Source: Myxococcales bacterium
Lineage (GTDB): Bacteria > Myxococcota_A > Polyangia > Polyangiales > Polyangiaceae
DNA: 64,000 bases
NCBI GenBank assembly: GCA_016703425.1
Contig: JADJCA010000011.1
Coordinates: forward strand, 378,050-442,049
Direction of reading: 5' to 3'
Made by a program: the position numbers and the translations under genes. The notes under the pieces were generated by a model, which saw only the letters and a program-made list of their open reading frames with translations, was not told the origin of the DNA and searched no databases. Positions 54,848-64,000 of this stretch are shown here, one piece after another (the stretch's first letter is position 1; each line of letters opens with the position of its first letter).

Positions 54848-56066
54848 TCAGCGGCGGAGCCACGTCGGCATGATGCCGTTGTCCGGGTTGGTGACCGTGC
54901 CCCGGACCGGCTCGCCGTCTTTCGAGCGAGCCACGAAGAACGCGGTCACGCTTCCGCCAATGACCACAAGAGCGGCGCCCACGGCCCAGATGACGGCGCC
55001 GCGGGAGACGTCCTGCCGGAGGGTGGTCTCCACCGTGCGCACCTGATCGCTGGCGACGCCGATCTCCTGCTGGTACGTGATGTAGCCGTCCTTCTTGATC
55101 GTGACGTTGTGTCCGCCCGAGGGGAGCACACCCTCCCACTTGTCGACGCCCACCAGTTTCTGATCAATCTCGATGACGGCGCCCGCAGGCCTGGCGATGA
55201 TCGCCACGCGGCCTTCGGAGCGTGACTCCGAGAGGCGGAGCACGATGTTGAGCGGCTCTTGCTTCGTGACGTCGAGGCTCTGCTCGGCGGTCGCGTAGTT
55301 CGGCGCGTAGGCCTCGAACTTGTGACGCTTGCCGACCTCGACCTGGCCCTTGAACGGCGAAGGGCCCATCTCGACGCCGTCGATGCGAACGTTGGCCTTC
55401 GGCCCCGCGCCCCTTCGGGGCCCCGGTGACCGTCACCATGGTCATGAGCCGCTCGGGCACGAGCTCGAACTTCGCGACGGCCGGCGTTCCGCGCGCCACC
55501 GAGACACGCCTCGTCTGCGCGCGCCAACCGTCCTTCGAGACCACGATGTCGTGATCGCCCACGGCGACGTCGACGGCCTTCGCGAGCGGAGACCGACCGA
55601 CGTCTTCGCCGTCGACCGTGACCGCAGAGCCCGGCTCGTTGACTTGGATCTCGATCGTCGACACGAGCGGCTTGAGGTCGGTAATCGCCGCGTTGATTTC
55701 AGCGACCTCCGCCGGTGACAACACCGTCGCGCCCTCGGCGAGCGCGCGCTGGTAGAACACCACCGCTTTGGCCGCCTTCTTGTCGTCCTGGTAGGCGCGG
55801 CCGATGTTCTTCAGGATGCGCGGGTTCTTCGTCGCGTCGTAGACGCGCTGGAACTGCACGATGGCGCCGCGGAAGTTTCCGTCGCCGAAGAGCGTGAGCG
55901 CCGCGTCCCAATCCTTGCGGAGCTCTGCGGGCAGCTCCTCGCGAATCGTCTTGGGCTTCTTACCCTGGGCCGACGCCGCCTTGGGAAGCATCACCGTGAC
56001 GGGCACGGCGAGGTTGAGCGAAACCACGAGAGAGAGCCAGCGAGCAATCGGACGCATCGCGCCCAT
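54848..56066 (-). CDS. TPR + triple-PEGA membrane-anchored protein (interrupted by a frameshift near 55403-55410)
   Basis: ORF 55164..56111 (TPR, PEGA 1) and ORF 54848..55369 (PEGA 2-3, C-terminal TM) join if the G-run cgcgggg is corrected. The junction reads ...VTVTGAP / PKANVRIDGVEMGPSPFKGQVEV. Confidence 0.6.
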
Positions 56067-56111
56067 GGTACCGAAGGAACGCGCCCCCGCCCCGAGATTT
56101 CTCCGCGGCAC

Positions 56112-57680
56112 CTACTGCTGGACCGGAGGCCTTCGGGAGCCCGAAACCGGGTTCGGGTTATGGCCAGGTGACGTCGTCGGCCCCGGCGTCTTGGCCGTCG
56201 CCGACGCGCTCGGTGCCGGTCCCGGTGTCGTCGTCATCGTCACGGCCGTCGGCGGAGCCGACGGCGTCGGTGCCGCGGTCGGGGTCACCGGCGGCTGCGC
56301 CGCAAGCACCGTGGTCGCCGACATCGGCGGCGAGGGATCACTCGTGACGGTGGGCTTGCTGAACATCTTGAACCCACCGAACGCGAGCGCACCGATGAGG
56401 CCCAGCGGAACCAGGGGCGCGAGCACCAGGAGGCCCGCCTTCGATTTCGGTTTCTCGGCGGCCGTGTCGGCCGAGACGCCCATGCCCGTCTGGACCGCGT
56501 TGCCCGGCCCCGACGCCTGCGTACCGGCGATCGCAGCCATCTGCGGCGATTGCTGCGTCGGCGGCATCGGCACGTTGCTCGGCAAGGCCTGCGTTCGCGC
56601 CGCGAACTCTTGCGGCGTCTGCGCCATGGCCGGGCTGTGGGCTGTGACCACTTGCACCTGCACCGCCGAGTGCTGCATGCCGAGCTGCGAGAACGCTTGC
56701 TGCATCGAAGGCATCGGGGCCGGCATGCTGCCGCCGGGGATCGGCTCGCTTCGCTTCTCGATGCCCGCCCGAATCTGGCGAATGACCGTCAGGCTTCGCT
56801 CGTCGGCGTAGGGCGCCAGCGCCTCGGCGAAGTCGAGGGCCGTGGAAAACCGCGTGTCGCGCTCCCGCGCAAGGCCGTGGTGCACGACCTCGGCGAGCCC
56901 TTCCGGGAGGTCCTTTCGGATGTCCGAGATGGGCGTCGGGTCTTGCGTGAAGAGCTTGAAGAGGATCTCCGTGAGCTCGCCGCTCTCGGCGAAGTGCGGC
57001 GTCCGCCCCGTGAGAAGCTCGTAGAGAATGCACGCGACCGAGTAGAGGTCGCTTCGGAGGTCGACGTCGCGCGGCGACTTGGCCTGCTCCGGCGACATGT
57101 AGAGCGGCGTGCCGAGGGCCGAGTTCGTCTGCGTGAGCGAGGCGGCGCCGGGCTGCTGCACCTTGCTGATGCCGAAGTCGACGAGCTTCACGAAGTCGCG
57201 CTCGCCGTCCTTCTTGATGACGAAGGCGTTCGACGGCTTCAAATCGCGGTGGATGATGCCCACGGCGTGCGCCGCTTGAAGCGCCCGAAGCACCTGCAAC
57301 ACGAAGTGCACGGCGCGCGGCACATCGATGCCTTGCGCGCCTTCGTGCTCGATGAGGTGCGAAAGGTCGCGCCCCTCGAGGTACTCCATGACGAGATACG
57401 GGGCGCCGCTCTGGAGCTTGCCGACGTCGTAGATGGTGACGACGTGCTGGTTCTCGATTTGTGACGCGGCGACGGCTTCGTTCAGGAAGCGCTCCACGGC
57501 TCCCGGGATCGTCAGCACGTGCGGCGCCATGAACTTCAGCGCGACCGGCGCGCGCCGGAGGATGTGGTGCGCCTTGGCGACGGCACCCATCCCGCCCTCG
57601 CCGAGCATGTGGAGGACCTGGTATTTGCCGTCGAGGATTTCGCCCTCAGCGGGATAGGCAACCACCTGAGACGGGCGCAT
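56112..57680 (-). CDS. Ser/Thr protein kinase with C-terminal TM segment and Pro-rich tail
   Basis: GEGGMGAV...ALK, HRDLKPSN, DFG, GTPLYMSPE (Hanks subdomains). 522 aa. Confidence 0.9.
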   Translation of the reverse strand: MRPSQVVAYPAEGEILDGKYQVLHMLGEGGMGAVAKAHHILRRAPVALKFMAPHVLTIPGAVERFLNEAVAASQIENQHVVTIYDVGKLQSGAPYLVMEYLEGRDLSHLIEHEGAQGIDVPRAVHFVLQVLRALQAAHAVGIIHRDLKPSNAFVIKKDGERDFVKLVDFGISKVQQPGAASLTQTNSALGTPLYMSPEQAKSPRDVDLRSDLYSVACILYELLTGRTPHFAESGELTEILFKLFTQDPTPISDIRKDLPEGLAEVVHHGLARERDTRFSTALDFAEALAPYADERSLTVIRQIRAGIEKRSEPIPGGSMPAPMPSMQQAFSQLGMQHSAVQVQVVTAHSPAMAQTPQEFAARTQALPSNVPMPPTQQSPQMAAIAGTQASGPGNAVQTGMGVSADTAAEKPKSKAGLLVLAPLVPLGLIGALAFGGFKMFSKPTVTSDPSPPMSATTVLAAQPPVTPTAAPTPSAPPTAVTMTTTPGPAPSASATAKTPGPTTSPGHNPNPVSGSRRPPVQQ

Positions 57681-57811
57681 GAGTCCGACTAGTCTACCGC
57701 GGCCGCGGCGAGAACGGGAGAAGGTGGCGGCCGGCGCGAAAACGCATTCATTTCCAGCAAGGGCGCGCGGATGGCGAGCCGTCGCGTGACCTTCTTGCTA
57801 TGGTCGGGCCC

Positions 57812-58150
57812 ATGTTCGCCCGCGTCATCGCACCCGTCGCCATCGGCCTTTCGCTCACCGCGCTCGGCTGCAACCGCAACGCCTCCGCAGACACGGCGGG
57901 ACCGGCGGCTTCAGCGGCTCGCCCCAACGTCTACCAGGCCAAGGGGGTCATCAAAGCCTTCGGCGAAGGCAAGAAGACCGTGAAGATCGCCCACGAGGAC
58001 ATCCCTGGCTACATGAAGGCCATGACGATGCCCTTCGCTGTCGCGCAGCCGTCGGTCCTCGATGGTCTGAAGGAGGCCGACTCCGTGGACTTCTCGTTCA
58101 CGGAAGAGTCCGACGGACGCATGCTCATCCAGTCGATCAAGAAGCGGTAG
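57812..58150 (+). CDS. CusF-like periplasmic Cu(I)/Ag(I)-binding lipoprotein
   Basis: MFARVIAPVAIGLSLTALGC has a lipobox. HEDIPGYMKAMTMPF is a CusF-type metal site. About 112 aa. Confidence 0.65.
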   Translation: MFARVIAPVAIGLSLTALGCNRNASADTAGPAASAARPNVYQAKGVIKAFGEGKKTVKIAHEDIPGYMKAMTMPFAVAQPSVLDGLKEADSVDFSFTEESDGRMLIQSIKKR

Positions 58151-58175
58151 TTCACTTCTCGCCACTTCGCTCGGC

Positions 58176-59036
58176 ATGACCACCCCGCTCGACGAGTTGA
58201 TCGCGCTCCTTCGCGTGGCGGATGGAGCCGGCGACCGGTTCGTCGGCCGCAGCGAAGACCTCGGCTGGGGCACCGTCTACGGCGGTCAGGTGCTCGGCCA
58301 AGCGGTCCTCGCCGCGTCGAGAACCGTGGGGACCGAGCGCGCCATGCACTCGCTGCACGCTTACTTCCTCGAGCGCGGCGACGTGGCGCAGTCGGTGGAA
58401 TACGCCGTCGAGCGAATCCGCGACGGCGGCGCCTTCACCACGCGGCGCGTGGTGGCGAGTCAGGCGGCGGGACCCATCTTCAACCTCGCGGCGTCGTTTC
58501 AGCGCGCCGAAACCGGCTTCGTTCATCAAGACGAGATGCCCGCCGCGCCGCCGCCCGAGTCTTTGCCGACGGAGCTCGAGCGACTCGCCGCCCGCGTCGC
58601 GACCTATCCGCCGAAGATGCGCGAGCGCGCGCTCCGCGAACGACCCTTCGATGTGCGCGCTGTGGAGTCACCCGCGGAGGAGGGCACGAAGCGCCCCCCG
58701 TCGCGGCTCCTGTGGTTTCGCGCTGCCGGTCCTTTGCCCGACGACACCGCGTTGCACACGGCCCTCTTGGCCTACGTGACGGACTACGCGTTCCTGGGCA
58801 CGGCGCTCCTTCCCCACGGCGTTACGTGGCTCACGCCCGGCGTGCAGGCGGCGAGCCTCGACCACGTGATGTGGATTCACGAAGCGCCGCGCGTCGACGC
58901 CTGGCACCTCTACGCCATGGAGAGCCCCGTCGCGACGGGCGCGCGGGGCCTCGTGCGCGGAAGAATTTTTCGCGCCGACGGGAAGCTCGTGGCCACCACG
59001 GCGCAAGAGGGGCTGCTTCGCATTCGTCGCGCCTGA
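58176..59036 (+). CDS. tesB: Acyl-CoA thioesterase II
   Basis: 286 aa double hot-dog protein. HSLHAYFL, catalytic region YAMESP. Confidence 0.8.
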   Translation: MTTPLDELIALLRVADGAGDRFVGRSEDLGWGTVYGGQVLGQAVLAASRTVGTERAMHSLHAYFLERGDVAQSVEYAVERIRDGGAFTTRRVVASQAAGPIFNLAASFQRAETGFVHQDEMPAAPPPESLPTELERLAARVATYPPKMRERALRERPFDVRAVESPAEEGTKRPPSRLLWFRAAGPLPDDTALHTALLAYVTDYAFLGTALLPHGVTWLTPGVQAASLDHVMWIHEAPRVDAWHLYAMESPVATGARGLVRGRIFRADGKLVATTAQEGLLRIRRA

Positions 59037-59262
59037 CGCGACCGACCGCGCGACCGGCAGGGCGACGCCGACGCGACGCATGAACAAACGTCACGTCGCG
59101 CGCGGCTGAGGTGTCGCTGAGGAAAGGCGCGCTCGATTTGTGCCGCCGTCGTCGTTCGCTCGGATAGATTGGGCCGGCTCGCGGGGCGTAGCCCCGCCAA
59201 ACATCGAGCCGTGAACACGAGACTGGTGCTCCCGACGGGAGCTGAGGGGAAGCAGGCGCGAA

Positions 59263-60513
59263 ATGGAAGAGAAGGTTCGCTTCGGGATCTTCGCCCGACT
59301 GTGGCTCGTGATGATGATCATCGCGCTCGCGCCCGTCGGCTTGCTTGGCTACGCCTCGTACCAGCAGGGTGTTGGCTTCATCAGCCGCAGCATCGACGAC
59401 AGCCTCGGCAAGGTGTCGTCGGCCATCGTCAACTACACCGAGCTTTGGGTCGACAACATCGCCGCCTCGCTGACGCAGGGCGCGGTGCAGCCGGACATGG
59501 TCGCCGGCGACGCGAAGGCCAAGGAGAAGGCCGACCTCAGCAAGCCCGCCGGCAAAGACGACAAGAAGCCCGACGCCAAGGCCGCCGACAAGGATGACAA
59601 GAAGGTCGAGAAGAAGGCCGAGGAGCCCAAGAAGGCGGACGCCAAGGACGACAAGAAGGGCGAGTCGAAAGACCCGACGCCCATCGCTGGCGATCCGCGA
59701 AAGTCGATCCTCGAGTCCATCGTCGCGTCGCACGACTACCTCCGCGCCACGTACTTCATGCGCGGCTCCGACGGCTGGCAGACGGTGCGCAGCGACGACA
59801 CGAAGCTCCTGATGGTCGGTGACCGTCCCTACTTCCGCGACGCCATGCGAGGGCAGACCGGCATTCAGGTCATCATCTCGCGCACGACCAAGCTGCCGGC
59901 GCTCATCGTCGCGGTGCCCGTCAAGGGCAAGGATCAGTCGATCATCGGCGGTCTCGCCACGGCGTCCGAGTTGACGATGATCTCGGCGCAGATCGCCAAC
60001 GCCAAGTTCGGCAAGACGGGCTACGCGTTCATGCTCGATCGCGACGGCAAGGTCGCCGCGCATCCGAACAGCGAATACACGACCGAACAGAAGGATCTGA
60101 GCGAGCATCCCGCGTACGTGGCGCTTCGCCGCGGCGACAAGATGCCCGTCATGTTCAACGACCAAGGCAAAGACGTGGTCGCCTACGCCGGCCAGACGAA
60201 GCACGGTTGGACCATCATCGCGCAGCAGGACAAGGAGGAGGCCTACGCGTCGCTTCAGGCGACGACCGACGCCGCGGAACGTTTCCTCGCCGTCGCCGCG
60301 TTCCTCGTGACGCTCATGTCGCTCATCGTCTCGCGATGGTTCACGCGACCGATTCAAAACCTTACGTCGGTCGCTGACCAGATCAGCCGCGGTGAGGTCG
60401 GGGCGCGCATCGACGAGACGTCACGCTCCGACGAAATCGGCGCCTTGGCCCGGGCCATCGACCGCCTCCAGACCAGCGTTCGGCTCGCGCTCGACCGCCT
60501 CAAGAAGGCTTGA
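59263..60513 (+). CDS. Membrane protein with Cache-like periplasmic sensor and cytoplasmic HAMP domain only (no output domain)
   Basis: TM1, then a periplasmic domain with K/D-rich low-complexity insert, then TM2, then HAMP (RPIQNLTSVADQISRGEVGARIDETSRSDEIGALARAIDRLQ). It ends about 35 aa later. Confidence 0.6.
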   Translation: MEEKVRFGIFARLWLVMMIIALAPVGLLGYASYQQGVGFISRSIDDSLGKVSSAIVNYTELWVDNIAASLTQGAVQPDMVAGDAKAKEKADLSKPAGKDDKKPDAKAADKDDKKVEKKAEEPKKADAKDDKKGESKDPTPIAGDPRKSILESIVASHDYLRATYFMRGSDGWQTVRSDDTKLLMVGDRPYFRDAMRGQTGIQVIISRTTKLPALIVAVPVKGKDQSIIGGLATASELTMISAQIANAKFGKTGYAFMLDRDGKVAAHPNSEYTTEQKDLSEHPAYVALRRGDKMPVMFNDQGKDVVAYAGQTKHGWTIIAQQDKEEAYASLQATTDAAERFLAVAAFLVTLMSLIVSRWFTRPIQNLTSVADQISRGEVGARIDETSRSDEIGALARAIDRLQTSVRLALDRLKKA

Positions 60514-60649
60514 ACGAGGAGCGTGGGGGCGACGCCTACCGCGTCTTACCCCCGCGCAGTGGCGGGGGACGCACGTTCGAGCAGAGCCAACGCATCCTTG
60601 CGGTACACTTGCTGTTCTCGCACTGAGGCTTAGGGGGCGCCGGCGTTCG

Positions 60650-60985
60650 ATGGACAAGGAGAATCTGCAACGTATCGCGTGGACGGTGCCTGACTTGCGC
60701 ACCGCCGTCGTGATCAACGAACGCGGCGTGGCCACGCAGGGCATCGGTGGCGACGACGTGTCCGCGCTCGCGCAGAAGGTAGACCGAGCCGTCCGCACCC
60801 TCGACCGCGTCGGGCGCTCGCTCCGTCTAGGTCGTGTTGCGGCTGTTGGCGTCGTCGGGCGCGGCGCGAGCGCCTTCGTGGACGCGACCGATCAAAGACG
60901 CGTCGTCGCGCTCCTCGGCGGTGAAGTCCGCGACCTCGAGAGCACGCTCAGCACCATGAGCGAGCTCCTGAACAATCCCCGATGA
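60650..60985 (+). CDS. Roadblock/LC7 (MglB-like) domain protein
   Basis: 111 aa. AVVINERGVATQGIG...GRVAAVGVVGRGASAFV has the longin-like alpha/beta pattern. Confidence 0.6.
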   Translation: MDKENLQRIAWTVPDLRTAVVINERGVATQGIGGDDVSALAQKVDRAVRTLDRVGRSLRLGRVAAVGVVGRGASAFVDATDQRRVVALLGGEVRDLESTLSTMSELLNNPR

Positions 60986-62163
60986 TCGACCTCCTCGACA
61001 AGTTGACCCGCATCGCCGAGGTGCGCGGCTGCGCTGTCATCGACATCGCGGCGCACGCGCCGTTGGTCTCGTGGCTCCGCGATGGCAGCGATACGGCGCC
61101 ACTCGAAGCGGCTGCGCGCGACGTCTACGATGTCTCCTCGTCGCTCATGGGCGACAGCGACGGACCGTCGCTCTCGGCGCGCTTCGAGAACGGTGCCCGC
61201 CTTCTCGCGCGCCGCTACGGCAACCACTTTGCCATCGTCGTGTGCGAGGCGAAGGCCGACCTCGTCAACGTCCGCGTGGCGCTCCAGGGGCTCGCCCTCA
61301 AGATCTCCCTCCATCAGCGAGCCCTTTCGCTCTCGGGCGCCGACCCGTCGCCGTCGGCGAGCGCCTTTCAGGCCTCGCGCGAGAGGCCGTCGGGCGGCGC
61401 GGCGGCGGCGCCCAAAGACCGTCCGTCGGGAGGCTCGTTTCCGTCGTCGACCTCCTCGCCGGCGTCGAAGGAGCGCTCCTCAAGCCCTGACGCTTCGACG
61501 GACCGCCCTTCCACGCCAAGCCAGAGGGCGGCGCCCGGCCGCGGGCCCGAGTCGAGCTCGTCACCGCCGTCGCGGTCTGACCGCCCGTCGTCACCGGCGG
61601 CCAAGTCGCCGTTGCCGCCGTTGCGAGGGAGCAACGAGCGGTCCATCGGAGAGGCGAAGATGCGAGAGGAGCTCGTGCGCCTCTTCGCCGGCCAGTTGGG
61701 ACCGCTAGCGCCGATGCTGCTCGACGAGCAGATCAAGGCGCATGGTGGCATGTCGAGCTCGTCGGTCGCTCTCGCCGTTGGCGAGGCGCTGCTGCAACAC
61801 ATCCAGGGCGATGATCTCCGGGCCCGGGTCCGCAAGGAGCTTGACCGCGTCGTCCGCGGTGCGCTCGCCGCCCCGGCGGCGCCAGCGCGCCCCTCTCCCT
61901 CCGCGCCGCCGCCCACCAGTGAACCCTATCGGTCGATGCCCGATCAAATCGACGACAAGCGCATCAGCTCCTTGGGTCAGCTGTTCGTCGAGTTCGTCGG
62001 TCCCATCGGCAAGGTCGTCTTCGCCGAAGAGCTCGCGGCCGTTCGTACTGGACCGCTGCTCCTCAAGGTCCACGTGCGCACACTCCTCGCGGGCCTCGCG
62101 CAACACGTCCCGTCGTCGTCGCGCAAGAGCTTTCTGGACCGCGGCGAAAAACTCATCGGCTGA
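60982..62163 (+). CDS. Roadblock/LC7-like N-terminal domain protein with S/P-rich linker and duplicated C-terminal module
   Basis: ATG overlaps the upstream stop (ATGA). The N-terminal 120 aa are roadblock-like. About 100 aa of SPSxS low complexity follow. The C-terminus has two similar 60-aa repeats. Confidence 0.5.
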   Translation: MIDLLDKLTRIAEVRGCAVIDIAAHAPLVSWLRDGSDTAPLEAAARDVYDVSSSLMGDSDGPSLSARFENGARLLARRYGNHFAIVVCEAKADLVNVRVALQGLALKISLHQRALSLSGADPSPSASAFQASRERPSGGAAAAPKDRPSGGSFPSSTSSPASKERSSSPDASTDRPSTPSQRAAPGRGPESSSSPPSRSDRPSSPAAKSPLPPLRGSNERSIGEAKMREELVRLFAGQLGPLAPMLLDEQIKAHGGMSSSSVALAVGEALLQHIQGDDLRARVRKELDRVVRGALAAPAAPARPSPSAPPPTSEPYRSMPDQIDDKRISSLGQLFVEFVGPIGKVVFAEELAAVRTGPLLLKVHVRTLLAGLAQHVPSSSRKSFLDRGEKLIG

Positions 62164-62204
62164 CGTGGTTCCACCGCCGCGCCGGTTCTAGTAGGAGGCT
62201 GGGT

Positions 62205-63788
<1,584 letters not shown>

Positions 63789-64000
63789 GCCCAACCCGAC
63801 CAGGGCTCGCCAGGCGCCCATGGCGGGCCTTTATCGTGTTCCGTGGGTCGACGGGGATCCCGATGGGACCCATGCCGATCCATCCGTCGGCGCAGCGCGC
63901 GCGAGGTGCCGCGAAAAGGCGCGCTTCGATCTCGCGGTCCCTGGCGCGCCCGTTGCTCCGCAGCGCATCGATGCAGAAGGCTCCGACGGTGGTTTCGGTC

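Overview
This is a 64 kb window of ~70% GC bacterial chromosome with myxobacterial-type gene content and about 50 protein-coding genes on both strands. Much of it is organised into translationally coupled operons with ATGA/GTGA/TTGA stop-start overlaps. No rRNA, tRNA, CRISPR array or IS element was found.

Housekeeping core: dnaN-recF-gyrB at 24.1-29.1 kb, preceded by an AT-richer DnaA-box region (putative oriC) but with no dnaA. Also clpB, a shikimate block (aroC, then an aroK-aroB fusion), dapF, pyrH, bioF-like, zapA, epmB/kamA-like, pccB-like, tesB-like, and a CcmF-CcmH fusion.

Accessory content:
- A three-gene coupled operon of two giant TPR/DUF3857/transglutaminase-like secreted proteins (one with an intact Cys-His-Asp triad, one degenerate), separated by a zinc-ribbon protein.
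- A MoxR/DUF58/transglutaminase (BatA-like) operon.
- A Ser/Thr kinase with multi-PEGA and vWA lipoproteins.
- A Cache-HAMP protein followed by two roadblock/LC7 proteins.
- An orphan SctQ/FliN-like (SpoA) protein coupled to a methyltransferase.
- Most notably, two tandem paralogous Gly/Gln-rich proteins with N-terminal double-glycine (GG) leader-like peptides next to a DMT transporter.

Other observations:
- A ~1 kb ~80% GC noncoding island is bounded by two copies of a 16-mer containing the palindrome GTTTCACGTGAAAC, each embedded in the 3' end of one of two convergent genes.
- A 17-nt AT-rich motif (GAAATACGCTCTAGTCT) sits 6-7 nt upstream of the start codons of two unrelated genes.
- Four genes are interrupted by single-base frameshifts, all in G/C homopolymer runs; this pattern looks more like sequencing error than true pseudogenes.
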